64,000 nt of DNA from Azolla caroliniana (lineage: Eukaryota; Plantae; Polypodiophyta): NCBI GenBank assembly GCA_043228905.1, contig JBHGNT010000017.1:18972001-19036000 (forward strand), read 5' to 3'. A program made the position numbers and the translations under genes. Shown one piece after another: positions 61,401 to 64,000 of this stretch; the first letter of the stretch is position 1; each line of letters begins with the position of its first letter. The notes beneath the pieces are model-generated. The model ran no database searches. It was given only the letters and a program-made list of their open reading frames with translations, and had not been told where the DNA came from.

Positions 61401-64000
61401 TGGAGAAGAGGCTGTTTGGAAATGAGAATGTTCATACATAGCTCATGTGATATCGGATTTTAGTGTTCAAACATGGGAATCGAAGCTAACAACACTAGCT
61501 ATGATATGTAATTAGAAAATCAAGAATTTGTAACTCAGGTCGAGAAGCATGAAGAAATTAGCAAATAGGAGGAGGGAGTTGAGAAGAGGGCGTGAGTAAA
61601 TTCAAATGTTCATACCTGGCTCGTGTGATATCAGATTTTAGTGTTCAAACATGCGAATCGAAGCTAACAACGCTAGCTATGATATGTATTTTAAAAATCA
61701 AGATTTTTAAACTCAGGTCGAGAGACATGATGAATTTAGCAAATTTGAGGAGGGAGTTGAGAAGAGCTCGTGACTAAAGTGGAATGTTCATACCTGGCTC
61801 GTGTGATCCCGGATTGTCGTGTTCAAAGATGCGAATCGATGCTCACAACACTAGCTATGATATGGAATTAAAAAATCTAGAATTTGAAGAAATTAGCAAA
61901 TTTGAGGAGGTAGCGGAGAAGAGTTCGTTAAGAAATGAAAATGTTCATACCTGGCTCGTGTGATATCGGATTTTAGTGTTGCAACATGCGAATCGAAGCT
62001 AACAACACTAGCTATGATATGGATTTTAAAAATCTAGATTTTTAAACTCAGGTCGAGAGACATGAAGAAATTAGCAAATTATTGAGGGAGTGGAGAAGAG
62101 CATGTTTGGAAATGAAAATGTTCATACCTGGATCGTGTGATATCGAATTTTTGTGTTCAAACATGCGAATTGAAGCTAACAACACTAGCTATGATATGGA
62201 ATTAAAAAATCATGATTTTGAAACTCAGGTCCAGAGACATGAAGAAATTAGCAAATTTGAGGAGGGGGTTGAGAAGAGGGCGTGAGTAAATTGAAATGTT
62301 CATACCTGGCTCGTGTGATTCTGGATTTTAGTGTTCAAAGATGCGAATCGAAGATCACAAACCTAGCTATGATATACAATTAAAAAATCTAGAATTTGAA
62401 ACTCAGGTCGAGAGACATGAAGAAATTAGCAAATTTGAGGAGGTAGTGGAGAAGAGTTCGTTAAGAAATGAAAATGTTCATACCTGGCTCATGTGATATC
62501 AGATTTTAGTGTTCAAACATGCGAATCGAAGCTAACAACACTAACTATGCTATGGATTTAAAAAATCAAGATTTCGAAACTCAGGTCCTGAGACATGAAG
62601 AAATTAGCAAATTTGAGGAGGGAGTTGAGAAGAGCTCGTGAGTAAATTGAAATGTTCATACTTGGCTCATGTGATCCCGGATTGTTGTGTTCAGAAATGC
62701 GAATCGAAGCTCACAACACTAGCTATGATATGAAATTAAAAAATCAAGAATATGAAACTAAGGTCGAGAGACATGAAGAAATTAGCAAATTAGAGGAGGG
62801 AGTGGAGAAGAGCCTGTTTGGAAATGAAAATGTTCAGACCAGGATCCTGTGATATCGGATTTTAGTGTTCAATCATGCAAATCGAAGCTAAGAACACTAG
62901 CTATTATATAGAATTAGAGAATCGAGAATTTGAAACTCAGTTCCAGAGACATGAAGAAATTAGCAAATTTGAGGAGGTAGTTGAGAAGAGGGCGTGAGTA
63001 AATTCAAATGTTCATACCTGGCTCGTGTAATATCGGATTTTAGTGTTCAAACATGCGAATCGAAGCTAATATCACTAGCTATGATATGGATTTAAAAAAT
63101 CAAGAGTTTGAAACTCAGGTCGAGAGACATGATGAAATTAGCAAAATTGAGGAGGGAGTTGAGAAGAGCTCGGGCGTAAATTGAAATATTCATACCTGGC
63201 TCGTGTGATCCCGGATTGTTGTGTTCAAAGATGCGAATCGAAGCTCACAACACTAGCTATGATATGGAATTAAAAAATCAAGAATTTGAAACTCAGGTCG
63301 AGAGACATGAAGAAATTAGCAAATTTGAGGAGGTAGTGGAGAAGAGCTCGTTAAGAAATGAAAATGTTGATACCTGGGTCATGTGATATCGGATTTTAGT
63401 GTTCAAACATGCGAATCGAAGCTAACAAGACTAGCTATGATATGAAATTAAAAAATGAAGAGTTTGAAACTCAGGTCGAGAGACATGAAGAAATTAGCAA
63501 ATTAGAGGAGGGAGTGGAGAAGAGCCTGTTTGGAAATGAAAATGTTCAGACCTGGATCGTGTGATATCGGATTTTCGTGTTCAAACATGCGAATCGAAGC
63601 TAACAACACTAGCTTTTATATAGAATTAAAAAATCGAGAATTTGAAACTCAGGTCGAGAGACATGAAGAAATTAGCAAATTTGAGGAGGGAGTTGAGAAG
63701 AGGGCGTGAGTAAATTCAAATGTTCATACCTGGCTCGTGTGATATCGGATTTTAGTGTTCAAACATGCGTATCGAAGCTAACATAACTAGGTATGATATG
63801 GATTTAAAAAAGCAACATTTTGAAACTCAGGTCGAGAGACGTGAAGAAATTAGCAAATTAGAGGAGGGAGTGGAGAAGAGCTTGTTTGGAAATAAAAATG
63901 TTCAGACCTGGATCGTGTGATATCGGATTTTTGTGTTCAAACATGCGAATCGAAGTTAACAACACTAGCTATTATATAGAATTAAAAAATCGAGAATTTG

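Larger units (their letters stand above)
1..64000 (+). repeat. 178-bp tandem satellite array (about 360 monomers, single orientation), probably centromeric or heterochromatic; family not identified
   Basis: The motifs GTGTTCAAACATGCGAATCGAAGCTAACAACACTAGCTATGATAT and AACTCAGGTCGAGAGACATGAAGAAATTAGCAAATTTGAGGAGGGAG recur every 178 bp from the first base to the last, except at short deletions. No unique sequence is present. The centromeric or heterochromatic role is inferred from monomer length and organisation only. Confidence 0.98.

Noticed and set aside
120-62852. All 61-96 aa ORFs in the supplied track (MFIPGSCD..., MSKFKCSY..., MLASIRMF...)
   Set aside because: They are translations of the satellite in different frames, about one monomer long because 178 is not a multiple of 3. 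They open and close with random variants and show no recognisable domain or gene structure.
1-64000. CRISPR-like repeat-spacer array
   Set aside because: The variable segments are homologous alleles of one another, not unique spacers. The period is 178 bp and no cas genes are present.
1-64000. Assignment to Arabidopsis CEN178, primate alpha satellite or another named family
   Set aside because: Only the length matches CEN178 and I do not recognise its sequence here. I see no CENP-B box. A search against satellite databases is needed, so no name is given.
1-64000. Embedded transposon, LTR, rDNA unit or inversion
   Set aside because: No non-satellite stretch longer than about 10 bp and no reverse-complement monomer was seen while reading through.

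Overview
The whole 64 kb window is one uninterrupted, head-to-tail array of an AT-rich 178-bp satellite (about 360 monomers, all in the same orientation). I see no genes, RNA genes, transposons or inversions, and all listed ORFs are by-products of the repeat. It looks like a eukaryotic, probably plant, centromeric or heterochromatic satellite, but I cannot name the family. The interest lies in the readable history of the array. (i) A near-perfect 19,632-bp tandem duplication has its breakpoint visible at 16583-16584. (ii) Older nested duplications have offsets of about 12.5, 17.1, 11.0, 4.6-4.8, 3.6, 1.7 and 1.05 kb, with local 2-mer and 4-mer higher-order repeats. (iii) Many truncated monomers have junctions on 2-7 bp microhomologies, and two carry templated insertions. 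(iv) There are in-register conversion-like patches and mosaics. (v) A short plant-telomere-like tract (TTAGGGTTTAG) sits exactly at a deletion junction. All alignments and counts were done by eye, so block boundaries are approximate.
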